This document shows positions 1 to 13,614 of a stretch of DNA of 64,000 nucleotides, piece by piece; position 1 is the first letter of the stretch; the number at the start of each line of letters is the position of its first letter. Under the pieces are notes generated by a model. That model was not told where the DNA came from, did no database searches, and saw only the letters and a list, made by a program, of their open reading frames with translations. The stretch spans positions 23,106,299 through 23,170,298 of the forward strand of contig NC_134025.1 of assembly GCF_964204645.1 (NCBI RefSeq), read 5' to 3'. Origin of the DNA: Tubulanus polymorphus (lineage: Eukaryota; Animalia; Nemertea). The position numbers were made by a program, and so were the translations under genes.

Positions 1-982
1 TGGGTTACACATGTATCTACCCTAGACACATCTTCGGCCCAAAAACTGGCCCTGTCAGAATCAAGATGGCCGACTGGCAGCCATTGTTGTTCTCCAAAAT
101 CAGCACTTTTAACACGTTTTTGAACTTACCGGGTATGGAGGGAAATTTTGAAGACGCTTTGAGCAATTACCTTGATCTTTCGTATTTATTTGAATCTCCC
201 CAGGGCCCATCAGCATAACAAAAATTGGGTCGATCGGACTCAAGCTGGCCATCCTATGACCTTATTAGTGCCCAAAAATGTCAATTTTTGTCCCGAATTC
301 TGAGTCCTGTAGCTTCCTACTGGTTTGCCATTTCTCATTGCAATTGCTGATGGGTATCCTTTGGAAAGGGATGTTTTATACCTGAGACAGGTATTTTTGA
401 TCGGCCAATTATGACTCAATTGGCGGCCATCTTGGCATCAGTACTCATTCGTAGGTGGGAAAAAGTTTTTCAACATTATATTGATACCTAAGCATATTTT
501 GTTACCACAATGAATTAGAAAAGTGTAGCTTATTACGTGTTCTATGATTGTGATGAGTTTCAAGGTCATTGGGTTTTTGTATATGGCCACCAGGAGGCAT
601 TGAATTATACAATATCTTGGTATTTCTATATTATATTTGTACCAATGCACCAATTTGTTACCACAATCAATTGCAAAGTTGTAGCTCATGACATCGTCTA
701 TGATTGTGGTAAGTTTTAAGGACATAAGTTATTCTATATGGTCACCAGGGGGCGCTGAATAGTATAATAACTTAGTATTTCCTTATCATATTGGTACCTA
801 GGCATATCTTGTTACCATGATCAATTGCAAAGTTGTAGTTCATGTTCTATGATTGTGGTGAGTTTCAAGGTCATTGGTTTTATACATATGGTCACCAGGG
901 GGTGTTGAATATTGAAATTGTTAGATTATTGAGCATTTGAAACCACTTCCCAAGTTGGCATGGTGTCCCTGGACCCCTAGTT
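1..982 (+). mobile_element. Non-autonomous Helentron/DINE-1-like (HINE) element with internal ~154-bp satellite array; 5' end cut by window edge
   Basis: Reverse complement of 13615-14747 at high identity. It ends ...ttcccaagttggc (subTIR), a short palindrome gtccctggac, then ccctag|tt. Three satellite motif copies at 584, 739 and 889. Confidence 0.8.
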
Positions 983-1904
983 TTGAGTAGATGAGATTAG
1001 TTAGACAGCTAAATTTAACACAACGCAATTTATTTGTTCTTTCATTTGAAAGTATGGAACATAAGATTGTCAGAGTAAATTCATTTTGTTTGAAGAATGA
1101 TAACCCTGGAGGTAATGATGTATAACTGAGTAGTATTCTTCCAAGCAGCATCCGCTTATTTTAATGATAAATGGATTAACAACAACAGGTTGACATTTAA
1201 GTAGAATGTTTGCACCTATCACTCACTAGGATTGGCTAACACTGCTTTGAAGAATGCTGTGTCAAAATGAATGAATAATGTATTACCAAGATGTAACACT
1301 ATCAAACTGTCATTTAGTAGTTGCTTACATAAATTATCATGACCTTATAAGCAAAAAATCTTGTTTATTATAGATTAGGGATTTGAAATTATAGATATTA
1401 TTTAGAGAAAGTTTGTTGCCTTTTTAGACACCTATTCATATGGTGTGGAATTGTTAAACAATATTTGTATGTAATGCATGTGTACCGGTAGATGAAATTT
1501 TATTTGGCCCTTGTTGCCAGAGACTGCTATTCTACACAATTTTTCGTTATTCAAGACTTACCGTTGATGCACAGGTATTCTTCAAAAACGACCACATCAT
1601 ACTGCTTGCATCCCAGTTTATGATGATACTTAATTAAATGTCCTGAAGCTGCCTTTAAAGAATTGATGAAAACTTGATCATAAATGTATGTCTAACTTCA
1701 ACCCACCCTTGTAAGTGTATATTGTATGTGAATGTTAAGTCTAGTCGGAACGAATGTTGAAATGTAACCTGAATAGGAAACTTTGATGAGTTCACTGAAT
1801 GCTTGGTATTATAACAAACCTTAGGAGGTTGCTAGAGTATACAGAAGTGACTTCAGTATTCATTAGTTGGAAGACATGAGAGTTAATATATGATAAAATA
1901 ACTT

Positions 1905-2155
1905 AAGCCAAGCTCAGGTCGACTTAGATCCGATCATGGAAGGCTATCGTAAGCCGAGTAGCAGGGCAGAACAAGTTCTAATTTCTACAACCAATCTTTG
2001 TCGTAGCCGATCAGCGATGAGCAGCGTCACACAACTTTTGGACTCGGCGATGATTGAGTGCCCTTAAGATTGTGGGACAAACAATCAGCAATTAGCAGTC
2101 ACGTGTGTACCACTGCTGTTCTTATGATCTGATTGGGTCCACCTGAGCTTGGCTA
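1905..2155. mobile_element. MITE with ~30-bp imperfect terminal inverted repeats
   Basis: agccaagctcaggtcgacttagatccgatcat at the left end matches the reverse complement of atgatctgattgggtccacctgagcttggct at the right end. Confidence 0.65.
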
Positions 2156-3053
2156 AATACAGTATCTTACTATACTGTAGGCCAGATAGTTGGTTTTTTC
2201 AAAACAATAGATTACAAGTAACGCAAAAGATATAGATGTATTAAAAGCTACTGCAATGCCTCAAATACTATGGAAATACAGATATTTGCAATTATTTTTA
2301 TTTTCGAGTTCAAACTTCCATCATGCTGCCAACTTCCAAATGACCTGCTCAGATATAGGAATACTAGATGTTCACTGATCTGGCCTATTCCTTAGTGTTT
2401 TCTGATGTAACTGAATATTTTCTCTCGTATGCAATTGCATGTTTGCTTTTGTAATAGCACTCCCACCTGCCTGGTATTAGCTACTGTGTATGTGAAGTCC
2501 AGATATTTGTGTTGTTCATGTGTATAGAGACTGTCGGAATCATTAATGAAGTTTTTTAATGATAAGCTGTAATAAAGATTTTCACTGAATGTGCTAAGGT
2601 AAATTATCCAAATTTTCTGCGTCAGAGTTTTCTTTCAAGGCAAGCAGTTGTGGAGCTCATGTGTCTGGTCATTGGATCCGATTTCATAGTTGAGGGATTT
2701 AGTAAATTAATTGAAAATGAACTATTTGACTCTAGATACTCATACAGTACCTGTCGTCTGGTATGAATGTCCTAGTTATCTGCCATGGTAATTGAAATGG
2801 TTGTTAAAGAAGCAAGGTGCAACTTCATGGGCATCTAAAAAACCCTATGGACATGACTCTGGTTCATTCTCAATTTGTTTGATAGGTTATACCATACATG
2901 TATGATAAAAAATGAGTGAGATCTTACATAGGCCGATTTTGTAGTACCTATGACGATGACCTACCTGCGTATTTTTTGGTGCGTAATGATGCTGTGGAAC
3001 TCATCTTCTATGATGCTGGGAAGACATCTACCTACCGGTATTCCAAAACTCAA

Positions 3054-3329
3054 AGGCGCATTTGTTTGAAATCGGTTTGCACAAAGCGTTTCAGTTTGTA
3101 GGAAAATCATCTTAGTTCCTACCGGTTTTGATAAATCAGCGCCTTTGTTAAGGCGTAAACCTAAATGGTTTGCGTAAACCATTCGGCAAGCAGGCAAATT
3201 TCCAGTGGTAGCCGATTCTAACTGACTTCATTCTGTCACATTTGTTCTCACTACGGCAAACCAGTTCGGGCTGCAATAAACCGATATAAACCATTTTTTC
3301 TATGAACCGATTTTAAACAAATGTGCCTC
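3054..3329. mobile_element. MITE with ~25-bp TIRs
   Basis: aggcgcatttgtttgaaatcggtt ... aaccgattttaaacaaatgtgcct. Confidence 0.65.
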
Positions 3330-5927
3330 TTCTACTCTCAGAAAACTTATATAAAGTCCTTGAGGTACAACCAGAGCAAAAATTAGCTAAAACACTGATC
3401 ATACTTCATAACTTATGTTAGCAAATCGTTTATTCGTTTCTTACATAACAAAATGTTGACATGAAATTTGCAGAATGAATGATAAGAGTTTTTATGTTAT
3501 GATGATAAAGCATTTTGAGATCTAGGAGACATGCACACATAGGTATTATAATATAGATGATAACTTGGTATCGATGATGATGATAAGATACATTTAGGCA
3601 GATTTTGTTTTTAATTGACTTTGTATGCCTGAGCTATACCGATGATGAATCCGCAACATGGGTTCAAGCAACACGAAAAATGGGAACCAGCTTCCGATGC
3701 ATGTTTAATATCAGAAATCACATATTTCAATCTCAATTTTGGTTTTAACTTTAGATTGATAATACAGTAAACCTTGCTTAATTCAGATATCAGATCTTTT
3801 GATGAATAATCCTCTGACTTAAAACAAGTATTTTCAGCCTTTTTCTGAAAACAACGACCTCAGAATCAATTTCTGAAAAAACATCTACAAGAAATGATTT
3901 CAAAACACTGAAACATTTCGGGCTTATCGGGACCATCAATATTCATCTGATATAAATGATCATCCGACTTAGCACAAAGTTTACTGTAATGCTCGTAATT
4001 GTTCAACTTGTTTATCATTACTGGTAGTACAACATCAGTTCGGTCAATCATGCAGATAACATAACTTACAAGTTTGCTTTCATTTCATTAATATCATTTC
4101 AAACCAGACCCATTATCTTTGGAGAATAACTACACCGCGGGTATAAACTATGATATCCAATTAAGCCATGACCATTACTTACAAATTCAAGAGACTATGA
4201 TAAATAATCCTTAATAAAGATCGAGAAGTAAGAAGATTCATTATCCGAAGTTTTCAGCTACAGATGAACTGCGACTTCGGACCCAATTTCACAGTTGTGA
4301 GTCAAATTAGATTATTATTCTCAAATTTCATTTCATATAGAGCAGCCAGCATGGATGTATGGAAGTGAACACAAAATACACATATATGCATGTATACAAT
4401 ACATACCAGTCTACGAGTTAGAATATCAAATGAGACACGACAGCCGTAGATTTTAAAGCAACTCACTTGCAAAATTATACAACACACAACTTATTGTGTA
4501 CTACATGCAAAACAATATATGATATACACAAAAATAATAATAAGATAACATAAATTACAGAACAGATCTTCAATCATTCATTACAAGGACTGCATACAGC
4601 TTTGAATATTTGTTCTTATATCTCACAATGAAAAGTAATGTTTCGATTCTATGGACTGCATTTAGTATCCTTGAATTCATATTTCGCCTGAACTTTGATA
4701 TGCATCAGTAGTCAGCAACATGTATTAATTAGCACTAAAAACAAAACTCATTGATTATCCACATCCTGACAGGAAGTTGGCCTTGAATAAGCCAAATGTA
4801 CCCTAAAAGCATACAAATTACTATTGAAAGCATGCAAACTATCGTTTCTAGAAGTGGTTTTACATTCTAAGATGCCCTAGGGTATCGAATTACAGGTAAT
4901 CATTTCATGATATAACATTGAGGTAATTTATGATTTTAGGGTGAAATTTTGTACTACATTAAGAGTCGAGCAGGGGTCAAGAAAAATAGTATATAAATCA
5001 TTACTATTTTAATTTTTTTCTAGACCGTACTTTATGTATCCAATTTAACTTACACATTCATCATTGAAATTTATTCTTAAAAAACCTCTCAAAACCTATG
5101 AACAACATTGATTTGATATTAATATTCTCCACTCTAAATCTATAATATTCTACTAGTCGTTATTACACCATATAAATAATGGAGAGCATTAGACAATCAA
5201 TTAGTGATGATTGAGACATTACAATAATGGTAACATCGTAAAATATTACAGCCACACGTTTTTGAAATACAGAGCCACCAACCTCCGTAAAAAGCTATTG
5301 CCATGAACAGGGACGAGATGCAAGATTCTGAAATCTTTACATTGCATAATTCAACATGTCGAAGACAATATAATGATTTTTACCTGTAATCATGGGTATG
5401 CATATTAATGACTGACACTAGACTATGAACATGAACATGAACATGTGCATGTACTATGAACTATTTATGGTCAAAGCACAGCCATACTACGAAACTACTA
5501 GAAATTTTCTAAAAATTTAACTTTCCAAACGTTCAGTCTTCCATACAAAAATGTACTTATCCAAAATTTCTTTCACGTGTATCTCATCCCGTGCATCTCA
5601 ATGAACAATTTTCAGGAACCTATCTTTCAAATTTACCAGAGTAGTTTGAGGATAAATCCCTATCAGTGTATTTCTCAAGCCAAATAACCACAATACACTA
5701 CTTAATTTATCAAAAGTTTATCGAAAATATGGAATAATTGGCAGCTCTGTGAATGGTTAGTTTATAATAATCATTGATTATGATGATGATGATGATGATG
5801 AAAACATGTAAATCAGCCACTTGTTCAAACATCATATCAGCATGGTCTCGAAGTTCAGATCCAAACACTACTACATTTAACCAAATCAGTGTGCTTTTTC
5901 GGCGATTGCAGTTTTAAAAAGCGAATA

Positions 5928-8900
5928 CTATTGTATAGTTAAGGCAGCGGCTGCATAACTGACCGACGAATCCTCCATTTTTTTTACTCTATTCGATTGC
6001 GCGTACTCGAGGAATTTCATAGTCATAGTTTTTTTGTGGCCATTGTTCACGCTATTACGCAATATGTTGATCGCCTGGAAAAAAGTGCATGAAATCTAAT
6101 TCACAAACACCGAGTAATGTATTCTAGATGTGGTAGTTATTGCTATCAGTTACAATTGAATACTGTGACAATGATGCGGAATCATAGAAACAAATAGGCC
6201 CTAAATAGTACTCCTTTCAGTTAACCCTGCCTGACATATAGAGTTGTTTTGAATTATTTGAAGTTATCAACCATAACCCCTCAAGTTATCATTTCAATGA
6301 ACGATTTGAATTGAAACGAGCCACAGGCAACAACGGGTATTGTGCTCCTTTTAAGATCATGTGGCCGAAACAGATCTTTCACGGCCTAGTTCTGCCACTA
6401 TCGGTCCATTCTTTGCACTACACAACTAGACCCCTATATTAACATTGTACTCAAGTTCCATCAATGAAATGTCTAATGAAGCTAAGAGAGACACACTGAC
6501 AGATAGTACGAAAATAAGGGTTTCGTAACAGAAGTCCAGAAAACCAATATTCGTCATGTCAAACAATATTTAAGAACTCACATTTAATAAAACGCCTATA
6601 GGATGCCGCCCACATATCGTATTTCCATAATCTTTAAGGTACTGAGTGAACGCCAGTGGATCTAGACTTTCTATGATGCCCATACCCTGAATTACAAAAA
6701 TATAATATTCACTTATGCCAACATATCTATCAACAGTATCATAAAAATGTGAGTATGCTTTCATAGCTATCATTTATAATTTTGTTTTACACGTACTCAC
6801 CATTCTATCGAGATGTTCAATAGATTGCCATATATGTCCAGACTGCTTATTGTAGTATTGAAAGTTAAATCTATTACCTGTAAATATGCAATTGAAATCA
6901 TAGAATCACTCACAATTCAACAAAAACTTTCAAAGTACCCGAGATACATAAAGAGCAGTGGTAAAGAGAAGGCCCATAACATTAAAAGATTAGTCAGCTA
7001 ACAGCTAGGTAGCAAGCATACCACGAGTTGGCGCTACATTAGATTGTAGATGGCAAACAGAATTACCTAGTCTTCATGTAGATACTCCATTGAGTGAGAA
7101 ATGTTGGATGATGGAGTAATAAACTATCCACCTAAGACAGGAACTGAAATCGATTCCTTTACCGGCTACGTTAGCATTGAAGACAGGGTTGGATCCAGGG
7201 TAAACTGCGCAGAGGATAGCGCAACCTTGCACTAAGGGCAAAGTCCACAACAAACCCGCAAAAACTTTGTAAATTTACTGCGCTTTGTGCACTTTCCAAG
7301 CAAGGCCAAAAACCTTTCATGTGATGGTAGCACGTCTGTGCCTCAGGTGTTACCCTCCGCACCTGGAAGAGTTATCAAAATTTCTATGATAAATGATTGA
7401 TTCGTTCTTACCCCAGTGACAGAAGTCAGATGAGATTACGAAGAGGTTGTCAGGATCGGCCAAATATTGACTGAATATCCTTCCATACTGCATCTCGCGT
7501 TCCGGACTCAGTGAACCGACCATCACAGGAACGATTGTGAACTGATCTTTATAGCTGAAAAAAAAAATAATTGAATTTTGAATGAAACTTTCAAAAAGAG
7601 ATTTTCTGGTGTCCGAAAAGAGCCGAAAATTTTTAATCCAGAATTAGAACTATGAAATCGAAGGAAAAAGCTTATTTTCAAACACACAACTCATTATACT
7701 CACTCCTCCATCACTTTTGCGATGTAAGGTAGATGCATCTCAATGCTGTGCTCGTCTTCATCACTAGAGAGAGTTACAGATTCAAATGATCCTAGTGCAT
7801 ACAGTTCTTCATAAACTGAAAGTAAATAGTGAATTAAATAGTGAAAAATAACAAAAGGGAGCTGGCATTTTAATAAACTGAAACACATTGTATCACCACA
7901 TACCGGACTGGCAACCAGTGAATATGTGAATCAGAAATGACTAAAGAAACTTTCAGGAACCTGATAAACAAGTTAGACTTTAGAGCATAGCTTTTTTAAA
8001 GAACCTTATTGTCTTAATCTTTCTGTATCAAATAGAAAATTTTACGATGATTATTCCTCTGATGATTCCAGATTAACTGGTTATGAAATTTGCCATACCT
8101 TTAGTGTCAATATTGAGGTTGTACAGAGGGGTTTGATAATACTGAGTAGTTGATAGAGCGCACCCCTTTATTGATATATAGTGAGCTGGACCGAGAATGA
8201 ACACACGCTTTCTGAAACAATCGGAAGAAAGTATATCAATCATAACCAGGCAAAACTTAGTCCCCAAAAGATAGGACCCATGTCAGATATGCTGAGCTTC
8301 TTCTTTCACCCATCAACCCACCTAGAGTCAGCAGTGTTCGAGTGGGGCAGCCAACAGGTTGAAAGAGGGACCGCCATCGCTTTCATTTTTACATCTATCC
8401 CATCTGAGAATCGGCCACCCTTTACAAAATATCTTCTGCCCTAGTATAGTACCTAGCCGTTGTTCCTCAAACAACGGCTGTAGGGAACCAGTAACAACGA
8501 CTGGTATTCAGACTACTTCTGCCCCCACCAAAGTGGATGTTATTACTCTATCAATGCTGTCAGTTGCTTTGAAGAGCTAATGTGAAAAATCTAAGATTAG
8601 GCCTACACCAAAACTAAGCTTATATTTTCTAAAGCCTTTGCTACTTCAGCAGCCACAATGTCATAGGCCTAATGCACCCTCTTTGAAATTCCAGCATATG
8701 GAGAAAACTGGAGTCCCCAATCTTTTTTTAAACTTATGGGGTGGGAGGCCAGAGAGAAGTGCCTTTGATGACCAAGAACGAACTCAGCCACCACCATGAT
8801 TTGAAATCTGAGAATTGCACATACACTTTTGATGGATCTATTTGTTTATAAGCATTTCCTCCACATTCTCCACAGTAAGTATAACCAGCATGTCTGAAAT

Positions 8901-9658
8901 TGGAAATACAAAGCACAAGTTCATACAAAACGTCGAGGATCAGTGGAGAAATTGTTCGATTGCTTGATCAGGGCCTACTAACGGAGCAATTATAGCACGT
9001 GCGGGAAAGTTCTTTACTTTAGCCTTTCCTAACCAACGAGACAATTGACCATCAAGCACCGTTCCTATCAGAACACAAAAAAATCAAGTTATGTACTGAT
9101 GATGATATGGAGGATAATAACAGAAGTTATCAATCAATAAATAAAAAATTCTAGATAATTCAACAATGGACAGCTGAATGTTTGGCAATTTGAATAACGC
9201 CATTGGAAAATATCTGAATAGGGCACTTTCCATAAAACATTATTGGTACATTTTTGTAAAAATAAAACTGGCAAAATGGTATTTTTTTTCAAAAGGGCAC
9301 ACCCGCCAGACATTTTCAAATTAATTTAATTGCCCCAAAAAAATCATTCCACTCCTGATGAGCTTACGGTTGTAACAAAATTACATTCAGTATTCATTCA
9401 ATATACTTTTATTTGATGAAATGGCTGAATAAGTATACATATGATCGGAAATTGGCAATTCATAATGAACAGTAGCTCATAATAATGAGTCAGTCAGCTG
9501 ATGACGAAAACAACAAAAACAAACAAATCCTTTTAGCAAATATTATAAGTGAAGAAATGCAGCTGTAAAACGAGGCTTCGGAAAATCTAAACCAGATACT
9601 TACGATCATTAGAATACCAGGTACCGGCATGTTGAGGCCGACGATAGTTCTTCGACAT
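5928..9658 (-). CDS. MEMO1: Protein MEMO1 (mediator of ErbB2-driven cell motility), multi-exon
   Basis: Spliced translation: [18 protein letters not shown]|[19 protein letters not shown]|HAGYTYCG..|..VFILGPAHY..|..[13 protein letters not shown]..|..SSDFCHWG|..[10 protein letters not shown]..|..[29 protein letters not shown] junctions were checked at several exons. ATG 9656-9658, stop 5928-5930. Confidence 0.95.
8442..8515 (-). repeat. ~70-bp mini-element (tagtct...agacta family), copy 1, in a MEMO1 intron
   Basis: Its reverse complement aligns to 30229-30295 and, more loosely, to 39302-39378. Confidence 0.6.
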
Positions 9659-9729
9659 GTTAGACCCAATTTTGACCAGAGACTTCGCGAATAAAAAGCT
9701 ACCGACGAAATATTTCAGATTTTCATTCA

Positions 9730-9817
9730 CAGGCAGCGCCGGAAGTAATTCGATGCGCGTGCGCGTTGATTCTATTTTTAGCTACTTCCTCTTCCGGGGT
9801 GATTTTGACAGATCGAG
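9730..9817. promoter_or_regulatory. Compact bidirectional promoter between MEMO1 and the Kelch gene, including a probable non-coding first exon of the Kelch gene
   Basis: ETS motifs CCGGAAGT (9739-9746) and CTTCCGG (9791-9797), and an NRF1-like TGCGCGTGCGCG (9754-9765). Donor gag|gtaaac at 9817/9818 and acceptor ttacag at 10312, 8 nt before the Kelch ATG. Confidence 0.6.
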
Positions 9818-10320
9818 GTAAACAACAATTTGCTGCCCACGGCCAGGCCTGGATACGGGGACACATAGACTAGATTGATTACCAACCCCGATTAATTCAT
9901 GACTGGAGACAGCAGTTAGCGCTGATACGATAGACATTGAAATTGAAGAGGTAAAAATGCACCACAACACCTGCAAAGTGCAAATTGCATTTGTTAGAGT
10001 CCGATCATGATCTGATCCCTGGTTAGTGACCTCCTCCCATAAGTGGTAACGTTCAATAATCAAATAGGCCAAAAAAATATCCAATCATGAAGTTTAACCA
10101 CAGTCAGGTTGCTGACAAGGCCAATTGGGTTATAGTTTGCGAATACAACCAGGATGATATTGATATTTACAGTAGGCCTATGTAGTCTGGATACCAGAAT
10201 TTTAATCCATTTACACTGTATCAAAGGATTAGAAAAGTTGAAATGGACATTAGACACTAGCTTAATCTTACGTTACCCCTTGCGCTAGTAACCCGGATCA
10301 AATCTCTTACAGATACAAAG

Positions 10321-12216
10321 ATGGATCAAGAAGAGGATGGAATATCATTGTCGCGCACGGAGTTCTTGAATGACGCCCATCCAACTGATTTCTTAAGAGC
10401 GATGAACGAAATGTACAGCAAGGGTCAAATGGTCGACGTCACTTTAAAGGTGAGAAAAAAGGAATTTCGGTGTCATAAAAACGTTTTATCGGCCTGCAGT
10501 CCGTATTTCAAAGCGATGTTCACGTGCGATCTATCAGAAAGTCGCGAAGATCTCGTCAATTTCCAGGGACTCGTCGATGCCACCGCGTTGAATTTACTAA
10601 TCGACTACTGCTACACCGGTAGATTAGAAATCGACATAACGACGGCGCAAGGTCTACTGGCGGCTTCGACGTTATTTCAGATGCTGCCCGTGCAGACGGC
10701 CTGCGCGAAATTCATGGAGACGGAACTGGATAAAAGCAACTGTGTCGGTATCTATTGTTTCGCGCGAATTCACAATTGCGACGAGTTGAAAGCGGCGGCG
10801 AAGAAATTCATCGACAAGAACTTCATGTCTGTAATCGACGGCGACGAGTTCATGGCGATCGATTGCGATCGTTTGATCGATTTCATATCGTCGGACGACC
10901 TTGACGTCGAAGAGGAAGAACGAGTATTCGAGTGCGTCGTGAAATGGATCAACTACGATTTAAAACAACGTGTACAAGACGTTGATCGATTACTAGACTA
11001 TATACGATTCAGGTTGATCGATCCCGAATATCGAGAAAATCAAATCCTCGAGCACAAACTGATGAAGTCTTCTGCGAAATGTCGCAAAATCTGCCACGAA
11101 GTCGTTGAAATGGAGAAAGAGGCGATGGACGAATCGTATGCGGCGTTCGACTACGCGTCCAGTATGCCGTTACGCATGGGAATGATACGCCCGGATCAGT
11201 GTTTGGTTATCGTCGGCGGGGTAGACTCGCATCGACCGTCGCTGAACTGCTACAATCCGTTGTCGCGAGAGGCTTTCATTCTCGCCGACTGCGACGCGCG
11301 TGATAAGAGTTTCGGCTCATACGATACTCAAGATCCCGGCTGCGTCGTCACGCCCGATAATCAGATATTCGTCGCCGGCGGCAATTACATGTATAAATTT
11401 CATTATCTAAGCGATTACTCCGACGATTCGTACGAAGATTACGACGGCCAAGAATCGCTGAGTCGCGACGTTTTCTGGTACGACGGCGATCGCGACGAAT
11501 GGATTCTGAAAGCGCCGATGTTGTTTCCGAAAGCCAACTTTTCATTGGCTTGTGTCGACAACAAATTGTACTGCTTCGGCGGTCTAACAGTCAACCAACA
11601 TCCGACGGAGATAGTCGAGCGATACGACATCGCTAAAAATAAGTGGAGCTACGTCGGCATGATGCCGACAAAGTTAGTCGACTTGTCGACCGTTACCCAC
11701 GGAAACTTAATTTACTTAATAGGGGGACGCACCGGGGTCGGTGCACATAACGTGCTTATAAGTTACAATCATCGAAATAATGAGTGGGTACCATTAGCCG
11801 GAATGCCGACTCCGAGATTCCATTTTGGGGCAATTGTCATCGATGACGAAATATACACAGTCGGCGGCCAAATTTATTCGCATACGAGTCGCTCGATATT
11901 ACGAGAAGCATTGACCGCCGTCGAAATCTATAACATTGAGAAAGATCAGTGGAGACACGGCCCCGAACTTCCTGTTCCGATGTGTCACGTCGGACTGTTG
12001 TGGTTAGATAATGACATATATGCCTGCGGTACGGCGATGCCATCGCCCAATGCTCCGCAAGATCAAAAGAATATCGTCGTTTATCGATTGCAACGCTACG
12101 CGAGCGAGTGGGAATGTTGGGAAGATGATCTGTGTGACATACGCGATTATAAATGCATCACGGCCAAAATTCAAACGCGTAAATTATCTCAGTTGTTTCG
12201 GCCTGACATTGATTAA
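10321..12216 (+). CDS. BTB-BACK-Kelch protein (KBTBD2/KBTBD8-like Cullin-3 adaptor), intronless CDS, 631 aa
   Basis: BTB (VDVTLKV..FRCHKNVLSACSPYFKAMF), BACK (NCVGIYCFA..LDVEEEERVFECVVKWI), Kelch GG/Y/W repeats. VVTPDNQIFVAGG and WILKAPMLF resemble KBTBD2/8. Confidence 0.92.
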   Translation: MDQEEDGISLSRTEFLNDAHPTDFLRAMNEMYSKGQMVDVTLKVRKKEFRCHKNVLSACSPYFKAMFTCDLSESREDLVNFQGLVDATALNLLIDYCYTGRLEIDITTAQGLLAASTLFQMLPVQTACAKFMETELDKSNCVGIYCFARIHNCDELKAAAKKFIDKNFMSVIDGDEFMAIDCDRLIDFISSDDLDVEEEERVFECVVKWINYDLKQRVQDVDRLLDYIRFRLIDPEYRENQILEHKLMKSSAKCRKICHEVVEMEKEAMDESYAAFDYASSMPLRMGMIRPDQCLVIVGGVDSHRPSLNCYNPLSREAFILADCDARDKSFGSYDTQDPGCVVTPDNQIFVAGGNYMYKFHYLSDYSDDSYEDYDGQESLSRDVFWYDGDRDEWILKAPMLFPKANFSLACVDNKLYCFGGLTVNQHPTEIVERYDIAKNKWSYVGMMPTKLVDLSTVTHGNLIYLIGGRTGVGAHNVLISYNHRNNEWVPLAGMPTPRFHFGAIVIDDEIYTVGGQIYSHTSRSILREALTAVEIYNIEKDQWRHGPELPVPMCHVGLLWLDNDIYACGTAMPSPNAPQDQKNIVVYRLQRYASEWECWEDDLCDIRDYKCITAKIQTRKLSQLFRPDID

Positions 12217-12603
12217 GATGTACTCCACACGAGGAATACATGTACTAATTTGTGAATACTTTATATATATTGCCAATTGTCTCTGCTAGAAGTGTTTCTC
12301 TAACATTCCATAATTGTTGATGAAACTGATGTAAAAGAATTCAATCCTCCCATTGGACGACGAAAATAGGAATTGACCAGAAACTCCGAGCTTAATCGTA
12401 TATCGTACATTTTAGTAAACTTGTCGGCCAAATGTTATATTACCTGAGGAATCCAGTTTCACAAAGTTTAAATATGATAATTCGCCAATGGATGTAGGCC
12501 TATATCAACATATATAACATTTCCGATCATGATCAGCTTTGGCAAACACTTCATTTTACGAACTCAGCAAGATTAAATATAGAATGTTGTCATAAATTGC
12601 TAA

Positions 12604-12777
12604 TACAGTAAACCTTGCCTAACTCTGGGACAAACTGAGACCGGAAAAATCAGTCTGAGGTAAGCAATTTCAAGAATAGAAAAATACGTTTGGAAGTCAG
12701 AAAAATTATTTCATTTTTTGTCCGAATTAGTCAAAAGTTCAAGATGGCCATGTCCGAGTAAGGCGTGGTTTGCTGTA
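12604..12777. mobile_element. Tc1/mariner(pogo)-type MITE (TA-cagt...ctg-TA)
   Basis: tacagtaaaccttgcctaactc...gagtaaggcgtggtttgctgta. A related decayed copy lies near 41967-42095, and similar ends occur near 3762 and 47131. Confidence 0.55.
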
Positions 12778-13614
12778 CTATGCTTTAATTTTTCAGTAAA
12801 CCTAGAATTTTAAATAAGTGACGAAGAAACATGTATACCCAAGGTTACTCATGATTTTTCTGATCAGTATTGCCTTAAAAGTTGGGACCTTCATTTTTCT
12901 ACCAAATTCAGCAGTTACCAGTTTGATAAACTGGGAAAATCAATGGATAGATATAAAATTATTGAGCCTAACGGCGGTCTAAATTGCTTTACTAATTTCT
13001 TACAGAATAGGGCAATACTGGACTGGGCGATACTTGTGTATTAAGAGAAGGAAACGGATATCTTAAGTTTATCAAATAAACTGGTACCTGTTGAGGCAGA
13101 ATCTACTGTATGATCATCTTTTTGCATGTACACATATATTTTTTTTGGCAGGCTAATCAGAATCTAATTTGCTTGGCGATCATTTTCACCGCCCATGAAT
13201 TCTGAGTGTTATTGATTTAATAAATATTTTCAATATGGTAATTGTAGTTTCTTCCACCATGTTCACTAGCGGTTACTCAGTTATTCGCTCTTTACTACTT
13301 AACTTCAGTTAGAATTGAATCCCACTAACCTGTGGAGTATTTCAATTATCGTTGAAAGTTATCAATCCTGGATAGACCTCATTCATGTGATGCCTAAGTG
13401 TGTCATAATGTCCATCAAGCGTGAGGGGCTTACTGAAGTAAAATGTCGCAATATGACACAAGTGAATGATACACCTGCCGTCTGTGATCTGATATCCCAG
13501 TTTGTCTTTTCAATGGCTCCTTTGATAACATTTGGATTCTGAAGAGGTTGAAAATGAACTACAGTTTAAGTCCTTTATAAGCCATTGTTGGAACTGATGA
13601 AAAACATGGTTATA

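Noticed and set aside
438-725. ORFs at 438-725, 537-719, 13510-13722, 14371-14583 and 18211-18420
   Set aside because: They are chance ORFs within the HINE satellite element and have no domain or splice support.
983-5900. Unannotated gene in the 1-6 kb interval
   Set aside because: No exon chain was found. The composition and polyA-like signals (AATAAA at ~2571) fit 3' UTR or intergenic sequence with MITEs.
10770-12043. Antisense ORFs overlapping the Kelch CDS (and similar ones over EXO1, LRRC74-like and bHLH exons)
   Set aside because: They are shadow ORFs arising from codon bias on the coding strand.
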